A stretch of 43,844 bases of DNA from an uncultured Candidatus Saccharibacteria bacterium. Lineage in GTDB: Bacteria > Patescibacteriota > Minisyncoccia > Phycocordibacterales > UBA9973. Shown here in pieces: positions 26,762 through 36,278 of this stretch; position 1 is the stretch's first letter, and each line of letters opens with the position of its first letter. Location of the stretch: assembly GCA_964605995.1 (NCBI GenBank), contig CAZSEN010000001.1, positions 1 to 43,844 on the forward strand, in the 5' to 3' direction. The notes below the pieces were generated by a model, which was not told where the DNA came from, made no database searches, and saw nothing but the letters and a program-made list of their open reading frames with translations. Both the position numbers and the translations under genes were made by a program.

Positions 26762-27538
26762 CTAAACGGCCAGATTTTTTGGCACGACCGCTGGATTGAC
26801 CTCAGGTAATTCGAAGACGTATCTTCCGTCTTTTTCGGTGTAAAATCTGGCACGCGATGAAGCGGAACTTTTTTTAGAAAAAGTTTTTACGCCGATGTTT
26901 TCATACTCTCCGGAGAGATATTTGATTTCTCCGGCAATAACGTTCTGTGTTTCTTTGATGAATTCACCCATTGGTCGAAATACAGAATTATTCAAAACGA
27001 TTGGTTGCGTTTTTGCATGTAAATTCCCTGCAATCACCAGGATGCGCCCCCCGGATTTCCTTCCCAGTATCATCTCTGCCATGTTCTTGTCCCTACTGTT
27101 TGTCCTTCTGTCGGGTGCTTGTTGGTCAAAACAAACTACATTATCAAGTACTCCTTCTTCATTAAGTTTTTTTATTAGGGCAAAATGACCGGCGGTCACT
27201 CTTCCATCACAACTATCCATTATCAAAGGAAAGGCAATTTCTCCCGACATAAGATATTCTTCTAAAACGGATTGCAGATTCTGATCCCATTCTAATGCGA
27301 TGTTTCTGAAGCCAAACTTTTTTACAAGTGTATATATGACATCAATATTTTCTTTTACCCCGTGGACTTCACCCAAAAGGAATATTGGTGCTTCTTGAAG
27401 TTGTGCAATAAAAGTCTCCATGCTTTTATTTTCAAAATCAAAATCAATAAGATTTACTTTGGTATCGGAAATGGCTTCGACGAAAGCACGACGACCTTTT
27501 TCAATATTATATTCATGAGTCTGTGGTGAAGATTCCAC
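26762..27538 (-). CDS. ChaN/TIKI/TraB-PrgY superfamily protein
   Basis: IFLLGEVHG, IALEWDQNLQSVLEEYLMSGEI and LVIAGNLHA match the ChaN-type pattern (GE.H ... E ... G..H). Confidence 0.6.
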   Translation of the reverse strand: MESSPQTHEYNIEKGRRAFVEAISDTKVNLIDFDFENKSMETFIAQLQEAPIFLLGEVHGVKENIDVIYTLVKKFGFRNIALEWDQNLQSVLEEYLMSGEIAFPLIMDSCDGRVTAGHFALIKKLNEEGVLDNVVCFDQQAPDRRTNSRDKNMAEMILGRKSGGRILVIAGNLHAKTQPIVLNNSVFRPMGEFIKETQNVIAGEIKYLSGEYENIGVKTFSKKSSASSRARFYTEKDGRYVFELPEVNPAVVPKNLAV

Positions 27539-27750
27539 AGATACATATTAGCATCGAATAATTCCTCCAGGCAAGAACCGCACTCAAGGGGTTATACCTT
27601 TCACATCTGGAACAGGCACGGCGCTTGCAACTTCGCTTATACATTTGGTTTACAGAAAATCCTTGCCCGGCATTGGTCACCCTTTGCCGTGCTTGTGATT
27701 TTCCTGGCTTCCATTTCGCTCGGGGTGCTCGAGGGGTTCTACCCCTCGAC

Positions 27751-27800
27751 AAGATTGCAAGCTGCCGGTTTACGAAAGTTTACCGGCAGCTTGCAATCTT
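27751..27800. repeat. Perfect 19-bp inverted repeat with 12-nt loop
   Basis: aagattgcaagctgccggt (27751-27769) pairs with accggcagcttgcaatctt (27782-27800). Flanked by hairpins at 27729-27749 (tcgagggg/cccctcga) and 27804-27819 (ctgcg/cgcag). Confidence 0.8.
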
Positions 27801-27944
27801 GCGCTGCGCCTTCACGCAGTCTCGCTTACGCGTCCTTCCTTTCCGGTTGAATGTCCTTTAGGCTTTCTTCCGGAATGATTGGACGCGCTTTGATCCAGTA
27901 TGCTTAGATTGTTTCATTCCTGGGTTGTTACTTCCTAAGGATTC

Positions 27945-28241
27945 CTACCCGGTTTTGAAATTGGTAAGTTCAGCCGTTTCTATTCCAAGAGCCTTTGCAA
28001 TCACTGCGATGCTCGTGATTCCGGTCTCATAATGTCCCTTTTCGATTCGCAGGATCGTCGTCCGGTCCATGTCGCACTCATATGCCAGCTGATCCTGGGA
28101 CATGCCTTCTTTTTCACGCAATTCGCGCACGCGATTCCCAAACGCCACTAGAAATAGCTTCGCCTCCCGGGTGAGTGCTCGTTCCTTCTTTCGAGCCTTT
28201 TTGCCGGGAGCTGTCCTGGATTTTTTGATTCCTTCCTTCAC
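27945..28241 (-). CDS. XRE-family HTH transcriptional regulator
   Basis: FGNRVRELREKEGMSQDQLAYECDMDRTTILRIEKG is a canonical HTH_3. Confidence 0.85.
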   Translation of the reverse strand: MKEGIKKSRTAPGKKARKKERALTREAKLFLVAFGNRVRELREKEGMSQDQLAYECDMDRTTILRIEKGHYETGITSIAVIAKALGIETAELTNFKTG

Positions 28242-28328
28242 ATTGGGAAGATCGGAACAGTGAAAATTTTGAATGTGGAAAGTTTGCCATATATGGCAAG
28301 TTTGCTACATTCGCAAAAACACCGGTCC

Positions 28329-29174
28329 ATGAAAAACATCCTGCTCATTCTCGTCCTTGCGCTTTCCTTCACTTGCACTGCGCAGAAATCCCTCACGCTC
28401 TTCATCCAGCCGCAAAGCATTCGAGGCGGTGAATTCTACGTACCAACATCCGGCGGTAACAATCCCACCTACGTCGAATCCGACCGCAAATTCACGCTCG
28501 GTATTCGCTTGGGCGGACTACTCAACTTGCCGATTAGCGACAAGACACATTTCAGCACTGGTCTGTCATACGCCCGCTACGGACAGAAATCCTCGTATGC
28601 TGGTTCGCAACCGTATGGAACGCTCACTGATAACTTCACTATCACGAGTGCGGTCAAGCTCCATTACCTCCAAGTGCCCGCGCTCATCACTAAGTATTGG
28701 GGTACTGAGAAGAAAGCATCATTCTTCTTCTCCGGCGGTATCTACATCGGATTCCTGCTCGGGTACAAGCACGAAATAACCGCTACCGATAATCTTTCAA
28801 ACGGGGACAGTGAAAGCGCCACCAAGACTGCATCCGGCGGAGAACTTGCATTTTCAAGCACCGACTATCAAGGCGACGTATCCTCGTCAACCTATCCGTT
28901 TCTTGAGAAACCGTTTCGTTCTGCAGACTTCGGAATCATACTCGCTAGTGGATACTCCATCAACATATCGGAGAAAGTTTCTATGCCCATCGCGCTCAAC
29001 TATACCCAAGGCATGCGGGACGTGAAGAACGAAACATCCCAATGGACAGACTCCAATGCGAGCAATGCACAACTCTATTGGATGCACTTTTACGAAGGCT
29101 CTGATCCCAACAAAACTTCAAAGTACCGGAATGGTGCGATCGGACTATCTGTTGGACTGCGGATGGCGATATGA
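28329..29174 (+). CDS. Outer-membrane beta-barrel protein
   Basis: Signal peptide MKNILLILVLALSFTCTAQ (ATG 28329 within the track ORF). Alternating beta-strand pattern and aromatic-rich C-terminal strands. Confidence 0.65.
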   Translation: MKNILLILVLALSFTCTAQKSLTLFIQPQSIRGGEFYVPTSGGNNPTYVESDRKFTLGIRLGGLLNLPISDKTHFSTGLSYARYGQKSSYAGSQPYGTLTDNFTITSAVKLHYLQVPALITKYWGTEKKASFFFSGGIYIGFLLGYKHEITATDNLSNGDSESATKTASGGELAFSSTDYQGDVSSSTYPFLEKPFRSADFGIILASGYSINISEKVSMPIALNYTQGMRDVKNETSQWTDSNASNAQLYWMHFYEGSDPNKTSKYRNGAIGLSVGLRMAI

Positions 29175-29259
29175 GCGCTGGAAAATTTCGTTACGCTATT
29201 GCGCACTATTCAAAAACAATTCGACTTCGACTCAAAACTTAGAACCTAAATCTCTATAC

Positions 29260-30291
29260 ATGAAAACAAAAACTCTCGCTGGGGCCTTCCTGCTCCTTTG
29301 CTTGATTGCTGCTTGTACAAAAGAAGGGCCTCCAGGGCCAGCCGGATCACAAGGGCCGCAGGGACCGGGCGGCAGTGGCACTCCTGATCCAAATATTTTT
29401 CACAAATGGGAAGTGGTGAGCGGGCTTCCTAACACAAAGTACGTGATCATTAAAAACGATAATGTCTACTATCAAATGGATTCTGCTGCATACGGGTTCA
29501 AGGATATTTACGGTGCAACTGCACTTATCACCGGTTCGCAGATCGCGTGCTGGAGCATATACAATTATTTAGTAAGTAACGATACGCTGTATCTCGATAA
29601 CTCAAGCGAAACGATCGTCCTCAAGCGAAACGACAATGCTCCGGATGAGACGCAATGGGTAATTTCCGTAACAGAAACAGATAGCATAGCAAGCCCGGTA
29701 TTAAACGGTGACGGCAGGGAAGATATTGGCTTTGATGGCAACAATATTCTGTGGACTGCTGATGCCAACTCTTCAATTATTTATATAATCGATCCGCCCT
29801 CACATGCCGTTATCGGGCAATACACGCTCAGCACAAACTATTCTTACGGACAAATAAATTATGCTGCTTCTAATATCTGGATTTCAAATGGTACAACCGT
29901 GGATAAAGTGAATCCGGCAAATGGAAGCGTCCTTGCGACGAGTCCGTCTCTGACTTCGAGTACGCTTACCGGTATTGCACTTGCGGGGCAGGAAATGTGG
30001 TACAGCGACTGGCAAGGAAACATTGCCACATGGGACATCATTTCAAATGCCATTACGCCGCAGCTTCAATATCCAGTGAATGGGATGGAATACGTGAACG
30101 GATATTTATATATGGTGAGCGGAAACAAGATTCACAAATGTCAACTCTCGCCATTTAAAGCTGTAGCGACGTATGCAATAGGTTCGGCGAATGCAAGCTA
30201 TTCCGGCATTACCCATGACGGTTCTCGTTTTTGGGTGGTGAAATACAACTACAATCAAAACAGTTATTCGCTGGTCAAATTGAGTATATAA
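29260..30291 (+). CDS. Lipoprotein with short collagen-like G-X-Y run and repeat-rich (propeller-like) body
   Basis: Lipobox LLCLIAAC at ATG 29260, followed by GPPGPAGSQGPQGPGG. Confidence 0.6.
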   Translation: MKTKTLAGAFLLLCLIAACTKEGPPGPAGSQGPQGPGGSGTPDPNIFHKWEVVSGLPNTKYVIIKNDNVYYQMDSAAYGFKDIYGATALITGSQIACWSIYNYLVSNDTLYLDNSSETIVLKRNDNAPDETQWVISVTETDSIASPVLNGDGREDIGFDGNNILWTADANSSIIYIIDPPSHAVIGQYTLSTNYSYGQINYAASNIWISNGTTVDKVNPANGSVLATSPSLTSSTLTGIALAGQEMWYSDWQGNIATWDIISNAITPQLQYPVNGMEYVNGYLYMVSGNKIHKCQLSPFKAVATYAIGSANASYSGITHDGSRFWVVKYNYNQNSYSLVKLSI

Positions 30292-30304
30292 ATACGCAAG
30301 TGCC

Positions 30305-31483
30305 ATGAAAAACATCCTGCTACTGTTGCTCCCCGCCTTGGTTGCCTGGCACGATCCGGCTCCGGCACAGGGCATCCATTTTGAGCAAGATTCATTCTCC
30401 GTCTTGCTCGCCAAAGCTAAACGAGATCACAAAGCCGTTTTCATAGACTGCTACACCACCTGGTGCGGTCCCTGCAAGTGGATGGAGAAAAACATCTTTC
30501 CCAATGATACCGCTGGAAACTATTACAACTCTCATTTCATTTGCGCCTCTTTCGACATGGAGAAAGGGGAAGGGATTGACCTCAAGAAACGCTATGACGT
30601 GCGCTGTTATCCGACGTATCTCTACATAGACGAGGACGGCAACCTACTCCATCGTGTAAGCAGTACATGTTCTGTGCGGGAATTTGTTGCCCATGGAGAA
30701 ACGGCATTCTCACCGAACAATTACGCCACCCTCGATGCCGCATACCGGAAAGGGAATGCACCGCCGGAAATTCTCCGTGGGTACATCGGTGTTCGACAAG
30801 GCTCCTGTCTTCCGTCCGATTCCGTTCTCGCCACGTACACCGCTACACAACCCGAAAGTGCGTACATGGCGCAGGAGAATTGGAACGTGCTTCGTCTGTA
30901 CGTCCGAGACCCCGCCTGTACTTTGTTCCGTGCCTTGATAGCAAACACAAGTGCATATGAAGCGAAATACACTGCCGATTCAGTACAACAGATAATTCTC
31001 AAAATATACGGTGGTGCGCTCAGCTCCTGCCTGTACCCGAAACTTGATTCCGCACAGTATATGTCACTCCGTGCTGAAATCGTGGCACAGCAGCTTCCGT
31101 ATATGGAACAAGCAGTTTTAGGGAATGATATGGGCTTCTATCAGCAAGCAGGGCAGTGGAAACAATATGCCCATGCTTCCTTCACCTATCTGCAATTGTA
31201 TGCGGATTCCAATTGGTTAATCATGAACAACATTTGTTGGGCGATCTATGAGAACATTGACGATACGCTGATCCTCGATTCGGCACTCACATGGATACAG
31301 AAGTCTATTGCCATCTACGAGAGCTATTACAATACCGATACCTATGCTGCGCTCCTGTACAAACTCGGCAGAAAGGAAGACGCGCTGCGGGCATGTGAAC
31401 GGGCACTTATCCTTGCCGAGCAAGAAAAGATTGAAGCGCCGGGGACGAAGGAATTGCTTGTGAAGATCAAAGCGATGAAGTGA
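30305..31483 (+). CDS. Secreted thioredoxin-fold protein with helical C-terminal domain
   Basis: Signal peptide. FIDCYTTWCGPCKWMEKNIF contains the WCGPC active site. Confidence 0.8.
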   Translation: MKNILLLLLPALVAWHDPAPAQGIHFEQDSFSVLLAKAKRDHKAVFIDCYTTWCGPCKWMEKNIFPNDTAGNYYNSHFICASFDMEKGEGIDLKKRYDVRCYPTYLYIDEDGNLLHRVSSTCSVREFVAHGETAFSPNNYATLDAAYRKGNAPPEILRGYIGVRQGSCLPSDSVLATYTATQPESAYMAQENWNVLRLYVRDPACTLFRALIANTSAYEAKYTADSVQQIILKIYGGALSSCLYPKLDSAQYMSLRAEIVAQQLPYMEQAVLGNDMGFYQQAGQWKQYAHASFTYLQLYADSNWLIMNNICWAIYENIDDTLILDSALTWIQKSIAIYESYYNTDTYAALLYKLGRKEDALRACERALILAEQEKIEAPGTKELLVKIKAMK

Positions 31484-32029
31484 AGATTATCCGATGATGA
31501 ACGATTGTAATCCACTCTGAAGTTGTGATTACTTCCCCAACACATTTGAACCATCTACATTCGGAAGTCATCACATAGCCGGTTTTTCTGAACAACGCGC
31601 AACCATTCCTCTAACTACCCGTCATTAAATAAGACGACTATGTTAATTATGATCTACCGCATCTTTAACATTTGTTTGGTCTGGACAGGATAAAAAATAA
31701 CAACAGTTTGTTGTCAATATGAAATAAAATGAAATACATTGCGTTGTATTTTCGCTGATTCCCAAATAGGAATCTTGAGAATTGCATAAAGATCGTTACC
31801 CCCCAGCTACCCTCGGATAACGATTGTTTTTCGCGGCGCAGACGTGCGTTGCTGTTTTTCTGCTATATGTGGAGCGGTAAAAATTCGTGCTGGAGTTTTA
31901 TTGCCTCAAATAATTAAGCATTGACCATACCGCAGTTAGAGTGGATTGGTCACTGGCGAAGTGTTGTCTTCGCTGGAATAAGGATTAACAAAAACAACAT
32001 AAGTATCAACTCTAAAAACTCTTAAAAGT

Positions 32030-33814
32030 ATGCCTCCTATTACATCGTGTGCGACACAGGATCCATTTATTAAACTCGATCCTGCAGGACAAGCGTCCAT
32101 TCTCGATTACAGTCTTCCTGCTGAAACCGAATTCGAAGTCAAAGGATATATGGACATCAAGATTCCTAATCCTGATTGCTGGACTGATTTTGCTAAGGTA
32201 GTGCCTGACACAAATTTCTGGGAAACAACAAAAGACCTTTCAGCGAGTCAGGTGTTGGAATTAATCAACGAAGACATTCTTGGTAGTTCATCAACACCGA
32301 TGTTTCTCAATAATCGCGCACTGCAACGTCTTTCTTTGGTCAACACCGTGGGTGGTCCGCGTGCCGGCGCAGGAAAAGGTTCGGGTGGCGGACCTGGGGC
32401 CGGTGAAGGCAAAGGTCCAACAGTTGGTGGAACACGTCCTGGAAGTAATTCTCAAATTCAACAGGTAGCGATGGATGACGACAATACGCTTATTGCAGGT
32501 CTTTCTGGCAATCAAGTCGTGTCGCAAATTCTTAAGGGTCGCCGTCCATTAGTACGCCCGAACTTTTATGGGAAGCCGGTAGTTACGTTCATTCCAAAAC
32601 CTAAAGCCATAACTCCGACGCTCACACTCGTGTTCCATTACAAGGTATTGACGTTCGCAGGTAACTATGGTGCTGGCAGAACACTGAAGACGTTTAGTTT
32701 ACTTCCGGGTGAAAAAACCACCATTTCCATCACGACATTCAAGCATGATGAAGAAAGAAAGTCCCGGGCGGAAAGCATTTTGGATTCATTCACCGAAAGC
32801 AGTGCGCAGGAATTCCAGAACACTGTGGAAAATCAAAGCGGACGCGAAATGACGTCCGAGTCATCGGAAACAAAATCCAAAGAGTTGAGCGGTGGCGTTA
32901 ACCTTTCCTCTATTGGTATTCCAGTAGATATTTCTGGCGGTGTAAGCAATGCTTCGACGAGTTCCAATACCATGTCGGAACATGTCAGTTCCATCAGTTC
33001 GGCAATGGACACGCATACAAGCAATGCGTCATCCAACCGCGATGTAAACATCAACACAGAAAGCAGCTCAACTTCAATTAGCGAAATAACTGAAGCTACA
33101 GTTCGCCAGTTGCAAAATATCAATCAGAGCCGCGTGTTGAACTTCGTATATCGTCAGCTATTACAGGAATATATCACCATCACTTATCTCGATAATGTAT
33201 CCATTGTCTTCTCAAACGGATACCCGGAGAGCCGGATTGTGGCGAAACTCTCCAACATCAATGATCTTCTTGAAAAAGTTTTGAAAAACGATGCCGGTAC
33301 ACCATGTGACGGAACAATTGATGCGGTACGAAAAGGAATTTTCAAACAACTGTGTAACGTTTTCGACTACCAGGACAACAGTGTTCCATTCATGGAATGC
33401 GTGGAGCAAACACTCAATGATTGTTGTGGCGGAACCGATAAGCCAATCGTTAATAAGTTTGCCCGGAAAATTCCTACGCTGAGTCAGACTGCGGAAGGGA
33501 AGACAGTTCCCGGAATCATTCTTAATGTAAAAAAGCGCATCATGCGCACTGAATCAGTCGTATGCGACGCACTTCTTGGTCAGGGCGAAGCGCTGGATTG
33601 CTTCAACCAGAAGCTACAAGATATTTCTGTGGCCAAGGCTCAGCTTGAGAACGATGAGCAATATCAACGCTTGCAGATTATCACGAATATTCCGAGCGCA
33701 ATCGATCAGGCGGACAAATACAAGAAAGTATTCGGTCCGTGCTGTGAAGTACCGCAATCGTGCTGCGGTGGGGGTTGTGGATGCAATTGCAATCAGGACC
33801 CGACCATACCATAA
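32030..33814 (+). CDS. Large protein of unknown function with Gly-rich linker, Ser/Thr-rich region and Cys-packed C-terminal tail
   Basis: 594 aa with no signal peptide. GGPRAGAGKGSGGGPGAGEGKGPTVGG; the central FSLLPGEKTTISITTF...RVLNFVYRQLLQEY; last residues GPCCEVPQSCCGGGCGCNCNQDPTIP. Confidence 0.6.
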   Translation: MPPITSCATQDPFIKLDPAGQASILDYSLPAETEFEVKGYMDIKIPNPDCWTDFAKVVPDTNFWETTKDLSASQVLELINEDILGSSSTPMFLNNRALQRLSLVNTVGGPRAGAGKGSGGGPGAGEGKGPTVGGTRPGSNSQIQQVAMDDDNTLIAGLSGNQVVSQILKGRRPLVRPNFYGKPVVTFIPKPKAITPTLTLVFHYKVLTFAGNYGAGRTLKTFSLLPGEKTTISITTFKHDEERKSRAESILDSFTESSAQEFQNTVENQSGREMTSESSETKSKELSGGVNLSSIGIPVDISGGVSNASTSSNTMSEHVSSISSAMDTHTSNASSNRDVNINTESSSTSISEITEATVRQLQNINQSRVLNFVYRQLLQEYITITYLDNVSIVFSNGYPESRIVAKLSNINDLLEKVLKNDAGTPCDGTIDAVRKGIFKQLCNVFDYQDNSVPFMECVEQTLNDCCGGTDKPIVNKFARKIPTLSQTAEGKTVPGIILNVKKRIMRTESVVCDALLGQGEALDCFNQKLQDISVAKAQLENDEQYQRLQIITNIPSAIDQADKYKKVFGPCCEVPQSCCGGGCGCNCNQDPTIP

Positions 33815-33897
33815 GCATTTACTTCAATCAACCAATAAACTAACTTAGGTCATCGCCAGAACTCTGCTTGGCGATGACCTTTTAAAAGTATTCAGTT

Positions 33898-34734
33898 ATG
33901 GCATTCAAAAACCCGTGGGGAAAAGGTTCCGGCCAATTCAATCGTTGGATGAAAAATAATCCGTGGGAAGAAGGTGGGGAGTTCTTCAAAAATGCAATTA
34001 GCGAGGCACTTCCGGAATTTAATAATGCAGTGGTAGATATTCACCACATCACATTAACACAGAACTTCAAAAATTCACGAGTATATCTAGTCTATTCGAA
34101 ATTATTAGAGAATTCTGTATTCCAAAAATTTCTTGATCCGTTCAAAAAGAGTAATTTAATGTTTGACTATGAGGTGTTGGATATCGTATATGGCAAGTCT
34201 GCTGAAACAGATTCAGCCGATCCCGAGAATATTTCGATCACGATCAATGGGAATGCAAACCACTACGTAGAAGAAAACGATCCGGGTCCACCTGCGCGAA
34301 TATTCATTAAGAAACCTGCTGATATGTATGTCGCAAAAACCCTAATTCATGAGTGTATCCACGCATATATTACCGTTACTGGGAATAATTATCCCTGGAA
34401 GGGAGCTCCTGGGCCTGTGCAGGAACATAATTATATGGCTACAGAGTACCGCGATGATATCGTCAAAGGGCTCACCGAGTTCGCTAATGAAAATAATGTA
34501 GTAACGTCCGCCGAGGACATTGATGCAATTGCTTGGGCCGGCTTAGATAGTACCACAGCTTTTAGCCAGTTATCCGCGACGGAGCAGTTGGCGATTGATA
34601 CAAGATTCCGCCTTTTTTATTCGCAGACATACTGGTTTGAGTTCGGCTTGGTGCAACAGGATGACATGTCAAAATATGGCGGTAATTTGCCTACCAGCGA
34701 ACAAGCTGCTGCCCAAGCTCATATTCCAAGATGA
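33898..34734 (+). CDS. HExxH zincin-like enzyme with N-terminal FKNPWG tag (candidate effector 1)
   Basis: N-terminus MAFKNPWGKGSGQFNRWMKNNPWEEGG; LIHECIHAY metallopeptidase motif. Confidence 0.6.
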   Translation: MAFKNPWGKGSGQFNRWMKNNPWEEGGEFFKNAISEALPEFNNAVVDIHHITLTQNFKNSRVYLVYSKLLENSVFQKFLDPFKKSNLMFDYEVLDIVYGKSAETDSADPENISITINGNANHYVEENDPGPPARIFIKKPADMYVAKTLIHECIHAYITVTGNNYPWKGAPGPVQEHNYMATEYRDDIVKGLTEFANENNVVTSAEDIDAIAWAGLDSTTAFSQLSATEQLAIDTRFRLFYSQTYWFEFGLVQQDDMSKYGGNLPTSEQAAAQAHIPR

Positions 34735-35360
34735 TAAAAGCGGTTTTACCTTTCGTCGTTTTCGCTTTTGGTATCATCCACTGTTCTTCAGATGGCAGCC
34801 AAGTGGGAGACTCACGATCTGATGATTCCATACTTTCTAAGAATTGGCATTGGAAAGATTCTGTCCTCGCTAATATCCCAAATCGAACGGCATACTACTG
34901 CGATACCACAGCTCGTGGCGACATTGGAACGCTACCATGCGTTGAAGTATTAACGAGGACATTGAATAGAATCAACAATGAGTATTATGTACTAACCGAG
35001 CAATCAATAAGCTCACCAGATAAGATAACGTGCGATACTTTTTTCATCACATCAAACAATAGTTGGTATCAGTTGCACAATCATTCGTCCTATCTCTTCT
35101 TCTCGCGAGACGCCTTTCGTTCAAAGACGACAACAAGTCTTCGTCGAAATGGTTTTAACCCGACGAGTGTAGAAGATTGGATTCCAGATACACAATATGT
35201 TTCGCAGCACTATGGGGAACTCTTCATTTTTGATATTGAATTTCCTCTTAGCCGCGAGCCTAATAATGTTAAAGTTCATTTTTCTCCTAACTATGGAGCA
35301 GTGCACATTGTCAGCGAGATGTCTGTATTTTCAATCAATAGAATAGACTCGATCCGATAA
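34731..35360 (+). CDS. Lipoprotein (candidate immunity 1)
   Basis: ATGA overlap with the upstream stop. Signal/lipobox VVFAFGIIHCSS. Confidence 0.5.
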   Translation: MIKAVLPFVVFAFGIIHCSSDGSQVGDSRSDDSILSKNWHWKDSVLANIPNRTAYYCDTTARGDIGTLPCVEVLTRTLNRINNEYYVLTEQSISSPDKITCDTFFITSNNSWYQLHNHSSYLFFSRDAFRSKTTTSLRRNGFNPTSVEDWIPDTQYVSQHYGELFIFDIEFPLSREPNNVKVHFSPNYGAVHIVSEMSVFSINRIDSIR

Positions 35361-35393
35361 AAAATTAGTCTCATTTCTTAACCAAGATAAATA

Positions 35394-36278
35394 ATGAAAT
35401 TCAAAAATCCATGGGGGTCAGGTACTCCCTCCTTTGACAGATGGTCAAAAAATGACTGGAAAGATGGTGGCGGGTTATTTGAAAGACTCGAAAGCGCAGT
35501 TGAAGCAGAAGCTACTTCAACTCAAGTAGCTTTAGCATTTTGGGGTGGCGCCAAATTGACTTCACATAATAGCGCTTTTAAGTTTGCAGCGCAGAATACG
35601 CAGGCGTCCTACAAAAACTACTATACGAACAAGATCAACTTTGCCACGACAGGTGATTTTATAGTCGGCACAATCGAAGCTCAAACTACAGGGAGCATTG
35701 GTCGCATGGATATCGTAACGCATGCAAGTCCAACCGCATGTTACATGGTTAGGAATAAAGACACAAAGGCCAGCGGGGAACTTGCAGATATTCCCATTGA
35801 ACCAGTAGATATGAGGGAGTCAAATAATTTATGGGCCAGCAGAACTTCCAGAGCAGTGGAATCTGGATGGGATGTACCAACGGGTGATGAGCAAGCGACC
35901 ATTTATGACATCGAAACGGACCGATTCACTAATGATGCTGTAATCGAGTTTCATGGATGTAGAATAGCTGATACACCGGACGCGATGATCTACGACAATA
36001 TAGCCGAAAATTTATCTGAACATTTTTATTCTAATGATAAGACGCGGGTGGTTATATTAGGGCACGCCACCAAAGCAAATCCAAATATAAACGGAGAAAG
36101 TACTACTATAACCGCACAAGATTATCGACATGGAAAAAGAATTGCAGTTCATAATGGAAAAATATTATTCTCGACAACCCGCAAAAAGCACATTGGTCGC
36201 GACGAGATTTTAAAGTTTCTAGAAAAAAAAGAAAAGAATCCGGATACTTATGATGGAAGTAAAGAGACTCTTAAGTAA
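35394..36278 (+). CDS. Enzyme-like protein with N-terminal FKNPWG tag (candidate effector 2)
   Basis: N-terminus MKFKNPWGSGTPSFDRWSKNDWKDGGG; DIVTHASP and IEFHGCRIA form a possible His/Cys dyad. Confidence 0.55.
   Translation: MKFKNPWGSGTPSFDRWSKNDWKDGGGLFERLESAVEAEATSTQVALAFWGGAKLTSHNSAFKFAAQNTQASYKNYYTNKINFATTGDFIVGTIEAQTTGSIGRMDIVTHASPTACYMVRNKDTKASGELADIPIEPVDMRESNNLWASRTSRAVESGWDVPTGDEQATIYDIETDRFTNDAVIEFHGCRIADTPDAMIYDNIAENLSEHFYSNDKTRVVILGHATKANPNINGESTTITAQDYRHGKRIAVHNGKILFSTTRKKHIGRDEILKFLEKKEKNPDTYDGSKETLK

Noticed and set aside
27513-27861. Two ORFs of 78-79 aa across the hairpin region
   Set aside because: Both are dominated by Arg, Cys and Pro generated by the GC-rich palindromes, and neither has a plausible start context.
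28357-28779. 140-aa plus-strand ORF in an alternative frame of the OMP gene
   Set aside because: It is Arg/Ser/Pro-rich and looks like out-of-frame read-through of a GC-richer gene. The OMP frame has a signal peptide and a beta-barrel pattern.
29320-29370. Collagen-like repeat as a DNA tandem repeat or contingency locus
   Set aside because: It is only about five imperfect G-X-Y triplets inside a coding region, and there is no nucleotide-level tandem identity.
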